A stretch of 64,000 bases of DNA from Pseudomonadota bacterium (GCA_046047535.1 JBJOHS010000023.1:9031-73030), one strand, 5' to 3'; positions 28,845 to 40,177 are shown, counted from the first letter of the stretch. Notes: generated from the letters alone by a model not told the origin. Numbers and translations are program-made.

Positions 28845-29729
28845 GTGGCGGATTCTATAGGCAGCGCATCTGCAACCAATCCCCCTTCAACTGCTGAGCC
28901 TCTCTATGGATCCTCAGGCGCCTCGGCGGATCGCAAGCCATTCTCCATCGTAAACCTGCGTTCTCTCCGGGCGCAGGGCGGGCGTATTGCTATGGTGACC
29001 TGCTATGACGCCTCTTTTGCACATCTGCTCAGTGATGCTGGCGTGGACATGATCCTAATTGGGGATTCCCTGGGCATGGTAATTCAGGGCCACGACTCTA
29101 CCTTGCCAGTCACGGTCAGCGATGTTGTCTATCACACCGGATGTGTTGCGCGTGCTCGGCCTCGTTCGATGGTGGTCGCCGATATGCCTTATGGCAGTTA
29201 TCAAGAGAGCCCCGAGCAGGCGTATCGTAATGCTGCAGTGCTTATGCAGGCAGGTGCACAGATGGTAAAGATCGAAGGCGGTCAGTGGGTGGTACCGACT
29301 GTGGAATTTCTCGTGCGTCGTGGTATCCCGGTCTGTGCCCATCTCGGCCTCACGCCGCAGTCGGTACATGCTCTGGGGGGGTATCGGGTGCAGGGGCGGG
29401 GAGCGGCGGGCGCCCAGATGATTAATGAGGCGCAGGCATTAGAGGCAGCGGGAGCTGCAGTTGTGCTCGTAGAGCTTATTCCCTCGCCCCTTGGTCAGGC
29501 ACTTACCGAGGCCTTGACGATTCCCACGATTGGTATCGGGGCAGGCCCCGGAACCACCGGTCAGGTGCTCGTATTGCACGACTTGCTTGATGTAACGCCG
29601 GGACGCAAGGCACGGTTTGTCAAGAATTACATGGCCCTCGGCGGCTCAGTGCAACGCGCGCTTTCCTTGTTTGTCCAGGAGGTAAAGTCGGGGGCCTATC
29701 CCGGCCCTGAGCATGGATTCGCCGAATAA
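28845..29729 (+). CDS. panB: 3-methyl-2-oxobutanoate hydroxymethyltransferase
   Basis: TCYDA, GDSLGM, DMPYGSY, VKIEGG, HLGLTPQS, IGIGAG and GQVLV.HD. Confidence 0.97.
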   Translation: MADSIGSASATNPPSTAEPLYGSSGASADRKPFSIVNLRSLRAQGGRIAMVTCYDASFAHLLSDAGVDMILIGDSLGMVIQGHDSTLPVTVSDVVYHTGCVARARPRSMVVADMPYGSYQESPEQAYRNAAVLMQAGAQMVKIEGGQWVVPTVEFLVRRGIPVCAHLGLTPQSVHALGGYRVQGRGAAGAQMINEAQALEAAGAAVVLVELIPSPLGQALTEALTIPTIGIGAGPGTTGQVLVLHDLLDVTPGRKARFVKNYMALGGSVQRALSLFVQEVKSGAYPGPEHGFAE

Positions 29730-29752
29730 GTCCACTAGACCGGGTAGATCGG

Positions 29753-30961
29753 CTAGACCCGTTGAAACCGATAGTGTCCTTCGGCAAACGACCGTCGGAC
29801 AATTCCCTGATGCCAGAGATGATTCATGTGCGCGATGGTCTCGCCCATGGCGAACGTAAACTGATGAAAGTCGAGTGCCCGAGGAAAGAGTAGCGGTAAG
29901 ACCTCCGCGCAGCTGCGAGGTTGCGCGCAGTGCGAAAGAATCTTCTCTAGGCGCTCCTCGTGGTGGTCGTGCAACTGCTGAAGCCGCGTATGCAGGCCGC
30001 CTGCGCGGCCATGAGTTCGCACCCGGTGGGCCGCGACTGGTGAGCCTCCTGTTTTGCCCAGAGAGGAGGATTCGGGTGTCTTTGGCGTCTCAGACATCCC
30101 GCTCCCCCCAAAAGGTTTGCCGTGAGAGGGCAAGACCAGTACCTCATCAGCCAGGGGCTCGAAGTAGGTCAGAGACCGCAGATACATGCCCAATGGGTCT
30201 GCATCGGGCTCATGTGCCCATACCGACATGTTGGTAGAAATGCGGGGCAACACCATATCGCCCGATATCAGAATGCCCAGTGCCTGGCAGTAGAGCGCAG
30301 CATGCTCCGGCGAATGCCCGTATCCGGGGATCACGGACCAGGCCTGCCCTCCCAGAGAAATTTGCTGGTGTGGCAGGAGTCTCTGGTAGCGTGAGGGAAC
30401 CCGAGGAACCAAAGAAGGGAAATGACTCTTTCTTTTTCGCGCCTTATCGTAGTCTTCGTCGGAGGTCATGCCATGACGACGAAAGTGTTCTGCCATGGTG
30501 GCGATCTCTCCGTCGGGTGCTGACTCCGATTCCTGGGCCATGGCCTTTGAAGAGAAGATACGGCCGGTGGTGAACTCTCCGAGCGTCATCCAGAGAGGTG
30601 CCTGCCAACGACCCTTCCCCTTGTCTTCGTCTGGGAGGCCAGCGCAGAGCCAGTAGGCAAGGCCAAGATGGTCGGGATGCATATGGGTGCAGATTACCCG
30701 CACGATCGGCCGGCCTTGGAATTTTTTTTCGATGAGGCCTTGCCAGTGGGCACGGGTCTCCGGCGTGGAGACGCCTGTGTCAATGACGGTGAATCCGGAT
30801 GTGCCCTCGAAGACGTCTTCAATCAGCCAGAGGTTGATATGGTCGAGCGCAAAGGGCAGTGGCATGCGGATCCACCATATTCCAGGCACTACGGCGGTCC
30901 ATTCTTCAGGAGAGGGTATCTCGAGGTCAGCGTAGTGAATCTGGGATTCTGCAAGGTTCAT
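29753..30961 (-). CDS. MBL-fold metallo-hydrolase
   Basis: LPFALDHIN, THMHPDH (HxHxDH), GHSPEH, SGDMVLP and PSHG. Confidence 0.9.
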   Translation of the reverse strand: MNLAESQIHYADLEIPSPEEWTAVVPGIWWIRMPLPFALDHINLWLIEDVFEGTSGFTVIDTGVSTPETRAHWQGLIEKKFQGRPIVRVICTHMHPDHLGLAYWLCAGLPDEDKGKGRWQAPLWMTLGEFTTGRIFSSKAMAQESESAPDGEIATMAEHFRRHGMTSDEDYDKARKRKSHFPSLVPRVPSRYQRLLPHQQISLGGQAWSVIPGYGHSPEHAALYCQALGILISGDMVLPRISTNMSVWAHEPDADPLGMYLRSLTYFEPLADEVLVLPSHGKPFGGSGMSETPKTPESSSLGKTGGSPVAAHRVRTHGRAGGLHTRLQQLHDHHEERLEKILSHCAQPRSCAEVLPLLFPRALDFHQFTFAMGETIAHMNHLWHQGIVRRSFAEGHYRFQRV

Positions 30962-31044
30962 AAAGTAGGCGCTTTTGGTATACAGAGTTTATGATTCTAG
31001 AGGACAGACCAAGAGAAACACAGTAAAAATTGGGGGAGAGGGCC

Positions 31045-31794
31045 ATGAAGGTACTTGTGACGGTCAAGCGTGTGGTGGACTACAACGTGAAAGTGCGTGT
31101 CAAGCCAGACGGCTCTGATGTGGATATCGCCAACGTCAAAATGAGTATGAATCCCTTTGACGAGATTGCTGTTGAAGAGGCAGTGCGGCTCAAAGAAAAG
31201 GGGCTTGCATCGGAGATCGTCGTCGTGACCTGTGGTACCGCCGCAAGCCAGGATGTCCTCAGGACGGCCTTTGCCATGGGCGCCGACCGAGGCATTCTCG
31301 TAGAGTCTGCCGATGCCTTGCAGCCCTTGGCGGTGGCCAAAGTGCTCACGGCTGTCTTTGAAAAAGAAAAGCCCGGGCTGGTCATCATGGGCAAGCAGGC
31401 GATCGACGACGACAGCAATCAGACAGGACAGATGTTTGCGGCACTTGCCGAACTTCCGCAGGCCACCTTTGCCTCTAAGCTTGATATTCAGGGCGGTCGT
31501 GCCGAAGTGACGCGTGAGGTCGATGGAGGCCTGCAGACAATATCGGTCCTCCTTCCTGCTGTCGTTACCACCGACCTGCGTCTCAATGAACCCCGATATG
31601 TGACCCTGCCTAATATTATGAAGGCAAAGAAAAAAGAGATAGAGACGATCTCTGCCGCCTCGCTCGGCCTAGACCTCGCCCCCCGACTGCGCCTCGTTAA
31701 GGTCTCTGATCCGCCGGGCCGGTCTGCTGGCATTAAGGTCGACTCGGTTGACACACTTATTGAGAAGCTTAAGAACGATGCAAAGGTGATCTAG
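31045..31794 (+). CDS. etfB: Electron transfer flavoprotein beta subunit
   Basis: [34 protein letters not shown] and DLRLNEPRY. Confidence 0.97.
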   Translation: MKVLVTVKRVVDYNVKVRVKPDGSDVDIANVKMSMNPFDEIAVEEAVRLKEKGLASEIVVVTCGTAASQDVLRTAFAMGADRGILVESADALQPLAVAKVLTAVFEKEKPGLVIMGKQAIDDDSNQTGQMFAALAELPQATFASKLDIQGGRAEVTREVDGGLQTISVLLPAVVTTDLRLNEPRYVTLPNIMKAKKKEIETISAASLGLDLAPRLRLVKVSDPPGRSAGIKVDSVDTLIEKLKNDAKVI

Positions 31795-32748
31795 ATGCAG
31801 GTACTCGTTATTGCAGAGCACGACAATCAGTCCCTCAATGCGGCAACCCGTACCGCCGTATCGGCGGCCCAGGCATTACTTGCCGCGGCGGGGGGAGGGC
31901 AGATACATCTTCTTGTGGCCGGCGATGGCTGCAGTCCTGCCGCGCAGGCCGCGGCAGCTCTCTCAGGGGTAACGGAAGTGGTGCAGGCCGATGGTCCTGC
32001 ACTCGGTCAGGGCCTTGCGGAAGACCTTGTAGACCAGATTCTTGGGGAGGTTCGAGCACAGAGTTACGGCGCGGTGGTCTTCCCGTCTACAACCCATGGT
32101 AAGAACCTTGCTCCGCGTCTTGCCGCCCTGCTCGATGTTGCATCGATTTCGGATATCACCCGCGTCGTCGATGCGAAGACCTTTGAGCGGCCGATCTATG
32201 CAGGCAACGTCATCGCCACAGTGCAGTCTACAGACCCTATTCTGGTGCTCACCGCCCGAACCACCGCATTTAGCCCTGTGGTCGATAACAGTGCGCCAGC
32301 ACCGATTCGTGCGCTGGCGGCAGTGTCGGCCTCCACGCGATCCTCCTTTGTCGCCCAGTCGCTCTCAAAGTCAGACCGACCTGAACTTGCCTCGGCCAAG
32401 GTGGTGGTCTCTGGGGGGCGGGCCTTGGGCTCCTCCGAAAAATACCGCGAATTGCTCGAGCCGCTTGCTGATCGTCTCGGCGCCGCACTCGGGGCCTCTC
32501 GTGCAGCGGTGGATGCGGGCTACGCCCCGAATGATTTCCAGGTGGGGCAGACGGGTAAAGTCGTAGCGCCCCAACTCTATATTGCGATTGGTATGTCTGG
32601 CGCGATACAGCACCTAGCGGGTATGAAAGACTCCAAGGTGATTGTTGCGATTAACAAAGATCCCGACGCACCAATTTTTCAGGTCGCGGATTATGGCCTG
32701 GTAGCCGACCTCTTTGAGGCTGTGCCAGAACTGACTGCCAAGCTCTAA
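31795..32748 (+). CDS. etfA: Electron transfer flavoprotein alpha subunit
   Basis: RPIYAGN, VSGGR, ASRAAVDAG, QVGQTGK and SGAIQH.AGM. Confidence 0.97.
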   Translation: MQVLVIAEHDNQSLNAATRTAVSAAQALLAAAGGGQIHLLVAGDGCSPAAQAAAALSGVTEVVQADGPALGQGLAEDLVDQILGEVRAQSYGAVVFPSTTHGKNLAPRLAALLDVASISDITRVVDAKTFERPIYAGNVIATVQSTDPILVLTARTTAFSPVVDNSAPAPIRALAAVSASTRSSFVAQSLSKSDRPELASAKVVVSGGRALGSSEKYRELLEPLADRLGAALGASRAAVDAGYAPNDFQVGQTGKVVAPQLYIAIGMSGAIQHLAGMKDSKVIVAINKDPDAPIFQVADYGLVADLFEAVPELTAKL

Positions 32749-32786
32749 AACGGCGGCCTATCCCGCCCATTGCCAAGGAGTACCTC

Positions 32787-34589
32787 ATGCCTGTTGAATA
32801 TCAAGCCCCGACCAGAGATATGCAGTTTGTCATTGAAGAGCTGGCCCCATTTGAACGGGTCGCGCAGCTTCCTGGATGCGAGGAGTTTTCGCAAGATTTG
32901 GTGCAGGCAGTGCTCGACGAGGCGGGTAAGTTTGCCCATGGCGTGCTCTCCCCAATGAACTGGCCAAGTGATCGCCAGGGGGCTCGACTCCTTGAGGGGC
33001 ATCGGGTACAGACCTCCCCTGGCTATAGCGACGCCTACCTGCAGTTCGTGGGTGCGGGCTGGCACGGACTCTCCGGCAGCACAGAGTATGGCGGGCAGGG
33101 CCTGCCAGAATTGTTGGCCACGGCTATCAGTGAGATGTGGCAGTCGGCCTGTATGTCCTTTGCCCTGTGCCCTATGCTCACCGCAGGCGCTATTCATGCG
33201 ATCGAGAGTCACGGCACCGAAGAGCAGAAACATCGGTATCTTGAGAAGATGGTCTCCGGCCAGTGGAGCGGTACCATGAACCTCACTGAGCCGCAGGCAG
33301 GATCAGACCTGGCGGCAGTGACTACGAAGGCGCTCCCCATTTCCGGCCCCGAAGGCACGTATTATCGGATCTCGGGCACGAAGATCTACATCACCTATGG
33401 CGAACATGATCTCGCCGAAAACATTATTCACCTGGTACTCGCCAGACTTCCAGATGCGCCCGCGGGAGTTAAGGGCATCTCCCTTTTTATTGTCCCTAAA
33501 ATTCTTGTCGAGGCTGACGGATCTCTGGGCGGGCGAAATGATGTTCGATGCATCTCTCTAGAGCATAAGCTTGGCATTCACGGCAGCCCCACCTGTGTCA
33601 TGAGCTACGGAGAGAAAGACGGCGCGATTGGTTATCTCGTAGGAGAGGCCAACCGGGGACTTGAATATATGTTCACCATGATGAATCATGCCCGGCTCCA
33701 GGTGGGTGTGCAGGGTATCTCGATTTCAGATCGCGCCTATCAGCAGGCACTCTGGTATGCCCACGACAGGGTACAGGGGCGGGTGCATGGATTCGGTGAC
33801 CAGACGCGTCCAATCGCGGACCACCCCGATGTGCGTCGAATGCTTGCGAGTATGAAGTCTCGCGTCGAGGCGATGCGGGCCTTGGGCTATGAGGCGGCGG
33901 CCTACCTCGACCTGGCAGCGCGTACAGAAGATCCTACCGAGGCGCAGCGAGCCCAGGCCCGTGTAGATTTTCTCATTCCGGTGGTTAAGGCCTGGTGTAC
34001 AGAACAGTCAATCGAGATTAGTTCGCTCGGCGTCCAGGTACATGGCGGCATGGGGTATGTCGAGGAGACGGGGGCGGCGCAGCATTTTCGCGATGCCCGA
34101 ATTACCACCATCTATGAGGGTACGACAGCGATCCAGGCCAATGATTTTCTCGGCCGCAAGCTGCTGAAGGATAAGGGCGCCGAGCTTATGCGTCTTGTGC
34201 AGGAGATCGAACAGACCGCTGAGGCCTTGCGATCCACCGACCATGTCGGGTGCAATCGGTTTGGTGAGGTCCTGGCCCGTGCAAGCAAGGTCTGGGCGGA
34301 GGCGGCCCAGTCGGCCATGACCGCCTATGCGGCAAGCCCTGCGGCCAGTTTTTTCGGGTCTGTTCCGCTTCTCATGCTCTCGGGCTATGTACTGGGGGGA
34401 CAGATGATGGGACGGGCGGCACTGCTCGCGCTGCCCAAGCAAGACCAGGAGCCTTTCTACGCGCAGAAGCTTGCCTCGGCCTGCTTCTATGCAGGCCATG
34501 TCTTGGCGCCCGCTCTGGGACTTGCTGAGGCAGTCCAGGCCTCAGCAACGGGACTAGATGAGGCTCAGCGGTTTACCCAGGCGGCTTAG
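32787..34589 (+). CDS. Acyl-CoA dehydrogenase (~600 aa FadE/DmdC-like type)
   Basis: GTMNLTEPQAGSDL, G.KIYITYGEHD, EHKLGIHGSPT, QVHGGMG and IYEGTT.IQ. Confidence 0.93.
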   Translation: MPVEYQAPTRDMQFVIEELAPFERVAQLPGCEEFSQDLVQAVLDEAGKFAHGVLSPMNWPSDRQGARLLEGHRVQTSPGYSDAYLQFVGAGWHGLSGSTEYGGQGLPELLATAISEMWQSACMSFALCPMLTAGAIHAIESHGTEEQKHRYLEKMVSGQWSGTMNLTEPQAGSDLAAVTTKALPISGPEGTYYRISGTKIYITYGEHDLAENIIHLVLARLPDAPAGVKGISLFIVPKILVEADGSLGGRNDVRCISLEHKLGIHGSPTCVMSYGEKDGAIGYLVGEANRGLEYMFTMMNHARLQVGVQGISISDRAYQQALWYAHDRVQGRVHGFGDQTRPIADHPDVRRMLASMKSRVEAMRALGYEAAAYLDLAARTEDPTEAQRAQARVDFLIPVVKAWCTEQSIEISSLGVQVHGGMGYVEETGAAQHFRDARITTIYEGTTAIQANDFLGRKLLKDKGAELMRLVQEIEQTAEALRSTDHVGCNRFGEVLARASKVWAEAAQSAMTAYAASPAASFFGSVPLLMLSGYVLGGQMMGRAALLALPKQDQEPFYAQKLASACFYAGHVLAPALGLAEAVQASATGLDEAQRFTQAA

Positions 34590-35263
34590 CCGATAAGCAT
34601 CTTAAGCGCAAATCCAATAAAGCAGAGACTCACGACCACAATACCCGATGCAGACCAACGAGGGTGGGTCTCGAAGATGGTCTGAAGACGCAGCCCTGTA
34701 AAGATCAGCAGGGCAAGGTAGGTCAGACTCACAATCTGCACGACAACCCCCAGCGTGAAGTAAGCTATCGCGGGGGTAGAAGCCTCTGCGCGGACAAACT
34801 GCGTGAAGAAAGCGAGAAAAAACAAGATCGCTTTCGGGTTTGTCAGGGAGAGACCCAGCGCCTTGAGATAGGGGGTGCGTAGGTCTCGCGACCTTGTTAG
34901 ATCTGCAGGCTGTGGAGGGGCAGCCGGGGCTCTATGCGCGTATGGTTCTGAGCCTCGGGGCCACCGTCGCTGGCCCTCCCGAAGAAGTTGAAAACCAATC
35001 CATGCCAGATAGACGGCGCCGGCAGCCTTGAAGGCCTCGAACCCACGTGGAAAGAGAGTCATAAACGAGGCTGCCCCGGAGGCGGTGGCAATCATTAGCA
35101 CCGTATCGCCCGAGAATATTCCGAAGGCAGCGGCCCAGCCGCTGCGATAACCGAGCTGCGCAGAAGCGGTGAGCACATAGAGCGAGTTTGGCCCGGGCAG
35201 GAGAACAATCAAGACCGTGCCTAGAAGAAACTCCCAGAAGTTTTGTATACCGAGTTCAACCAT
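34586..35263 (-). CDS. leuE: Leucine efflux protein (RhtB/LysE family)
   Basis: LLPGPNSLYVL, G.F.GD.VL and SLTNPKAILFF.AFF.QF. Confidence 0.85.
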   Translation of the reverse strand: MVELGIQNFWEFLLGTVLIVLLPGPNSLYVLTASAQLGYRSGWAAAFGIFSGDTVLMIATASGAASFMTLFPRGFEAFKAAGAVYLAWIGFQLLREGQRRWPRGSEPYAHRAPAAPPQPADLTRSRDLRTPYLKALGLSLTNPKAILFFLAFFTQFVRAEASTPAIAYFTLGVVVQIVSLTYLALLIFTGLRLQTIFETHPRWSASGIVVVSLCFIGFALKMLIG

Positions 35264-35308
35264 GGAGCCGGATGCGAGCCGATCGCGACGCCGCGATTGA
35301 CCCCTAAC

Positions 35309-37348
35309 TTACCCCTCCTTCACTTCTAGCGGGGCGAGCCGGCCAAGCGGGAGTCCCTCGGTTACCACATCACCTTCCTTGCAGAGCAACTCTTCAAGCA
35401 TACCGTCACGCGGCGCCGAGACCAAAAACTCCATCTTCATTGCCGAGATGACGAGGAGTGATTCGCCTTTTTTAACCTGGGCGCCTGGTTGCACATGCAC
35501 GCGCGTCACCTGCCCTGGCATTGGGGCGGTAAGTGCCGACTCCGAGGAATCATCGAGATCGTTACTCGCATACGGGTCGACCCAGTGCAGTAGGACATCC
35601 TCGTCTTCGTCCCAGAGGTGCAGACGCAGCGTAGGCTGCTCTTCCCAGTCTGCATAGCCATTGACGACGTGGCCTCGCCACGCCACTGACAGTCTCTGCG
35701 CGGACTCTGTTGGCAGTAGTGCGAAGGGCTCCATCGCCTCACCAAGCGACAGCGCCATGGGCGCAAATTGGACGTCAACTGACCAGCGTTCCTGATTTCT
35801 GGAAAGGCAAAGCCGACGTCGGGCTGGTGTTGAGAGTCTAAAACCGGAGGCCTGCGCCCATGGGTCGACCTGGTCTCCTACGGGAGACGACCATGGGCCA
35901 GACTGCAGCGCGGCGGCAACGGCGAGCAGTTGAAGTTTCTCGGACAGTGGGCGCAGTTCAGTGAGTGTCTGCTGGTGGGTGGTAATTACTGCAGTGGACA
36001 ACTGCGCCGTCTGAAAGGCGGGTAAGGCCAGGAGGCGCGCGAGAAAGCGAACATTGGTTGCCGGCCCAGTAAGGTGGGTCTCTGCTAGAGCCTGCCGGGC
36101 CCGGGCGATTGCGATGGATCGGTCTTCACCCCAGCAGATCAGCTTGGCGATCATCGAATCGTAATGGGGCGTAACGGTATCTCCCTCCCGTAGGCCGCTG
36201 TCTATTCGCACCTGGCCGGGAACCTCCTCCGCCATCGCGTAGCCTGTCATCTGGCCTGTTGAGGGCATGAAGTCGCGCGAGGGATCCTCCGCACAGAGCC
36301 GCAATTCCACTGCATGACCGTAGCAACGAATCTCTTCTTGGCGCAGGGGCAGTGGCTCTCCCCGAGCGATACGAATCTGCCACTCCACCAGATCGAGTCC
36401 CGTGATCATCTCGGTAACGGGGTGCTCGACCTGCAGTCGCGTATTCATTTCCATGAAGTAGCAGGCCCCGGCGCGCCCATCGGGCAGGGCCTCGGCGATA
36501 AACTCCACGGTGCCTGCCCCGGTGTACTGGATCGCCTGGGCGGCACGCACGGCAATGGCTCCCAGATCTGCGCGCTGCGCATCGGAAAGAAGCGGCGCCG
36601 GCGCCTCTTCGATGACCTTCTGGTGGCGTCGCTGCACAGAGCAGTCTCGCTCAAAGAGATGCACGACCTGTCCCCGGGTATCGCCAAATATCTGAACCTC
36701 GATATGCCGTGCGCAGGGCAGATACCGTTCAATCAGAACGTGATCATTGCTAAAACTTGCGAGGGCCTCTCGCTTGCAGGAAGCCAGGGCATCGGCAAAT
36801 TCTTCCGCGGCGCGTACGATACGAATTCCGCGACCGCCTCCGCCGGCTGAGGCCTTAATCAGCAGCGGAAATCCGATTCTGCATGCCTGGGCAAGGAGCC
36901 CCTCGGCCGATTGGTCTTCCCCGTTGTAGCCGGGCACCAGCGGTACACCGGCCCGCTGCATAATTTCTTTGGCGGCCGATTTGGATCCCATCGCCTCAAT
37001 CGCCTGAGAGGTGGGACCGATAAAGACGATACCGGCAGACTCGCAGGCCTCGGCGAAGCGGGGGTTTTCTGAGAGAAATCCGTACCCTGGATGAATGGCC
37101 CAGGCACCTGTAGTCTGCGCGGCTGCAACCAGGGCGGCGATGTTGAGATAACTCGCCTTCGGTTCGGAGGCGCCAATCGCTACAGCTTCATCAGCAAGCT
37201 GCACGTGACGGGCGTTGCGGTCTGCTTCTGAGTAGACCGCAACGCTACCAATACCCATCTTGCGGCAGGTCGCGATGACCCGGCAGGCGATCTCCCCGCG
37301 ATTGGCAATCAGAATCTTGCCGGGGCTGTGTGGTGTTTGGGGACGCAT
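35309..37348 (-). CDS. liuD: 3-methylcrotonyl-CoA carboxylase alpha (biotin carboxylase + biotin carrier)
   Basis: ILIANRGEIA, HPGYGFLSEN, RDCSVQRRHQK, EMNTRLQVEHPVTE and biotinyl AMKME; follows the MCC beta and IVD genes. Confidence 0.9.
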   Translation of the reverse strand: MRPQTPHSPGKILIANRGEIACRVIATCRKMGIGSVAVYSEADRNARHVQLADEAVAIGASEPKASYLNIAALVAAAQTTGAWAIHPGYGFLSENPRFAEACESAGIVFIGPTSQAIEAMGSKSAAKEIMQRAGVPLVPGYNGEDQSAEGLLAQACRIGFPLLIKASAGGGGRGIRIVRAAEEFADALASCKREALASFSNDHVLIERYLPCARHIEVQIFGDTRGQVVHLFERDCSVQRRHQKVIEEAPAPLLSDAQRADLGAIAVRAAQAIQYTGAGTVEFIAEALPDGRAGACYFMEMNTRLQVEHPVTEMITGLDLVEWQIRIARGEPLPLRQEEIRCYGHAVELRLCAEDPSRDFMPSTGQMTGYAMAEEVPGQVRIDSGLREGDTVTPHYDSMIAKLICWGEDRSIAIARARQALAETHLTGPATNVRFLARLLALPAFQTAQLSTAVITTHQQTLTELRPLSEKLQLLAVAAALQSGPWSSPVGDQVDPWAQASGFRLSTPARRRLCLSRNQERWSVDVQFAPMALSLGEAMEPFALLPTESAQRLSVAWRGHVVNGYADWEEQPTLRLHLWDEDEDVLLHWVDPYASNDLDDSSESALTAPMPGQVTRVHVQPGAQVKKGESLLVISAMKMEFLVSAPRDGMLEELLCKEGDVVTEGLPLGRLAPLEVKEG

Positions 37349-37358
37349 TCTTGAGGAC

Positions 37359-38981
37359 TTACATCCGGAAAAGACCGAAGCGGGTCTCTGGAACGGGGGC
37401 ATGAAGACTGGCGGCCAACCCTAGCGCGAGCACCTGTCGTGTATCCACGGGGTCGATAATGCCATCGTCCCAGAGTCGCGCCGAGGCATAGTAAGGGTGC
37501 CCCTCCTGCTCATACTTCGCCCGGATCGGGGATTTAAAGTCCTCTTCTTCGTCGGCTGACCATGCCTGACCCTTTGACTGCAGGTTGTCCCGGCGCAGCG
37601 TGGCTAAGACGCTGGCTGCCTGTTCGCCCCCCATTACCGAGATTCGGGCGTTGGGCCACATCCATAATAGTCGAGGACTAAATGCGCGGCCACACATGCC
37701 ATAGTTTCCTGCGCCAAAAGACCCCCCGATGATGACCGTGAATTTCGGCACTCCCGCGGTTGCCACAGCTGTAACCAGCTTGGCGCCATTTTTCGCAATC
37801 CCCTCGTTCTCGTACTTGCGGCCAACCATAAACCCGGTGATGTTTTGCAAGAAGACAAGAGGAATCTTGCGCTGGCAGCAGAGCTCAATAAAGTGGGCGC
37901 CCTTCTGGGCGCTTTCCGAGAAGAGGATGCCATTGTTGGCTACTATCCCCACGGGTAAACCATGGAGATAGGCAAATCCTGTTACCAGGGTGGTGCCGAA
38001 GCGGGCCTTAAATTCCTCGAAGTCTGAGCCATCGACAATACGGGCGATGATCTCCCTAACGTCGAATGGCTGGCGGGCGTCGGTAGGGATGATTCCGTAG
38101 AGTTCTTTAGGATCGTATCGGGGGGGGCGCGGGGGTCGGGCCCCTCTCAGGTCGGGCCCACTACGATTGATTTTGGCAAGAATGTCGCGTGCGATGCGCA
38201 GGCTGTGTCCATCATTGGTCGCGTAGTGGTCTGCAACCCCTGAGAGTCGTGTATGAACATCGGCACCGCCGAGGTCTTCAGCGCTAACCACTTCTCCGGT
38301 AGCCGCCTTTACCAGGGGCGGGCCGCCCAGAAAAATCGTACCCTGGTCTTTGACGATAATCGACTCATCGCTCATGGCGGGAACATAGGCCCCACCGGCT
38401 GTGCATGACCCCATAACGACTGCGATCTGTGGGATACCCTTTGCCGACATGGTGGCCTGGTTGAAGAAAATACGCCCAAAGTGGTCACGATCGGGAAAGA
38501 CCTCGTCTTGGTTGGGCAGGTTGGCGCCCCCCGAGTCGACAAGATAGATGCAGGGAAGATTGTTCTGTTCCGCGATCTCTTGGGCGCGGAGGTGTTTCTT
38601 TACCGTAAGGGGGTAATAGGTACCACCCTTAACGGTTGCATCGTTGCAGACAATGACACAAAGGACCCCGCTGACCCGACCCATACCAGTGATGATCCCT
38701 GCGCCAGGAGCAGCATCGCTGCCATCTTTCTCTTTGTAGATACCATGGGCCGCCAGAGGCGAGAACTCTAGAAAAGGACTGCCCGGGTCAAGCAGGAGTT
38801 CGATACGGTCGCGAGGAAGTAGCTTGCCGCGTGCCAGATGTTTATTAATAGGACCCTCTCCACCGCCGAGGGCAGCGCTAGCCAGCTTTTCCCTTAGGTC
38901 GTCTACCAGCGTCTGCATGGCCCGGGCGTTCTTCTGAAACGCCTCGCTGCGTGGGTTGGTCTGGCTTGGAAGAAAAGGCAT
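37359..38981 (-). CDS. liuB: 3-methylcrotonyl-CoA carboxylase beta (carboxyltransferase)
   Basis: [40 protein letters not shown] and ARLWDDG. Confidence 0.95.
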   Translation of the reverse strand: MPFLPSQTNPRSEAFQKNARAMQTLVDDLREKLASAALGGGEGPINKHLARGKLLPRDRIELLLDPGSPFLEFSPLAAHGIYKEKDGSDAAPGAGIITGMGRVSGVLCVIVCNDATVKGGTYYPLTVKKHLRAQEIAEQNNLPCIYLVDSGGANLPNQDEVFPDRDHFGRIFFNQATMSAKGIPQIAVVMGSCTAGGAYVPAMSDESIIVKDQGTIFLGGPPLVKAATGEVVSAEDLGGADVHTRLSGVADHYATNDGHSLRIARDILAKINRSGPDLRGARPPRPPRYDPKELYGIIPTDARQPFDVREIIARIVDGSDFEEFKARFGTTLVTGFAYLHGLPVGIVANNGILFSESAQKGAHFIELCCQRKIPLVFLQNITGFMVGRKYENEGIAKNGAKLVTAVATAGVPKFTVIIGGSFGAGNYGMCGRAFSPRLLWMWPNARISVMGGEQAASVLATLRRDNLQSKGQAWSADEEEDFKSPIRAKYEQEGHPYYASARLWDDGIIDPVDTRQVLALGLAASLHAPVPETRFGLFRM

Positions 38982-38989
38982 CGCGGGAC

Positions 38990-40177
38990 TTACTGAGTCT
39001 CGGTGAACAATTCGCGGCCGATGAGCATGCGACGAATTTCACTGGTACCGGCGCCAATCTCATAGAGCTTGGCGTCTCGCCAGAGCCGTCCAGTGGGGTA
39101 TTCGTTGACATAGCCATTGCCGCCCAGTACCTGTATTGCTTCGCCTGCCATCCAGGTTGCCTTTTCTGCGCAGTAAAGAATGACACCGGCGGCATCTTTG
39201 CGAACCGCCCGATGGTGGCCAGTCCCTGAATCTAGCCGGTCTAGCCGTTGGCCCACCGCATAGCAATAGGCGCGGCAGGCCGAGAGTGTGGTGTACATAT
39301 CGGCAATCTTGCCCTGAATAAGCTGGAATTGTCCGATGGCCTGCCCGAACTGCTTGCGGTCGTGGATGTAGGGCACAACGACATCCATGCAGGCTGCCAT
39401 AATCCCAAGCGGGCCCGCAGCCAGAACCGCGCGCTCGTAGTCGAGCCCACTCATGAGCACCTTTACACCTCCATTGAGCTCTCCGAGAATATTTTCTTTC
39501 GGTACATCGACATCTTGAAAGACAAGTTCTCCGGTATGAGACCCCCGCATGCCGAGCTTGTCGAGCTTCTGGGCAACGGAAAAGCCCTTCATGCCCTTCT
39601 CCACAAGAAAGGCAGTGATTCCCATGGCATGCTTCTCAGGATCGGTCTTTGCGTAGACCACGAGTACATCGGCGTCCGGCCCATTGGTGATCCACATCTT
39701 TGTGCCGTTTAAGCGAAAGTGGCTGCCCTGGTCGATAGCCCTTAGCGCCATGCTCACCACATCTGATCCTGCCTGGGGCTCGCTCATGGCCAAGGCGCCC
39801 ACCGCGGTGCCCGCGATGAGCCCCGGAAGATACTTCGCCCGTTGGGCGGGTGTGCCATTGCGCATGATCTGATTCACGCAGAGATTAGAGTGAGCGCCGT
39901 AAGAGAGTCCCACCGATGCAGATGCGCGAGAGATTTCTTCCATGACAACCATATGCGCAAGGTAGCCCATATCGGCACCCCCGAAGTCTGGCGATGCCGT
40001 TACACCCAGCAGGCCAAGGTCTCCCATTTTCTTCCACAGATCCATTGGGAATTGGTCGGTCTTGTCGATCTCCCCGGCCCGCGGTGCAATCTCTCTCTGG
40101 GCGAAGTCTGCAACTGACTCGCGTAGGGCATTGATCTCGTCGGGAAGTCCAAAGTCGAAGTCCTGTAGATGGCCCAC
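38990..40177 (-). CDS. liuA: Isovaleryl-CoA dehydrogenase
   Basis: [30 protein letters not shown] (IVD-position Glu) and [16 protein letters not shown]; GTG start. Confidence 0.95.
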   Translation of the reverse strand: MGHLQDFDFGLPDEINALRESVADFAQREIAPRAGEIDKTDQFPMDLWKKMGDLGLLGVTASPDFGGADMGYLAHMVVMEEISRASASVGLSYGAHSNLCVNQIMRNGTPAQRAKYLPGLIAGTAVGALAMSEPQAGSDVVSMALRAIDQGSHFRLNGTKMWITNGPDADVLVVYAKTDPEKHAMGITAFLVEKGMKGFSVAQKLDKLGMRGSHTGELVFQDVDVPKENILGELNGGVKVLMSGLDYERAVLAAGPLGIMAACMDVVVPYIHDRKQFGQAIGQFQLIQGKIADMYTTLSACRAYCYAVGQRLDRLDSGTGHHRAVRKDAAGVILYCAEKATWMAGEAIQVLGGNGYVNEYPTGRLWRDAKLYEIGAGTSEIRRMLIGRELFTETQ

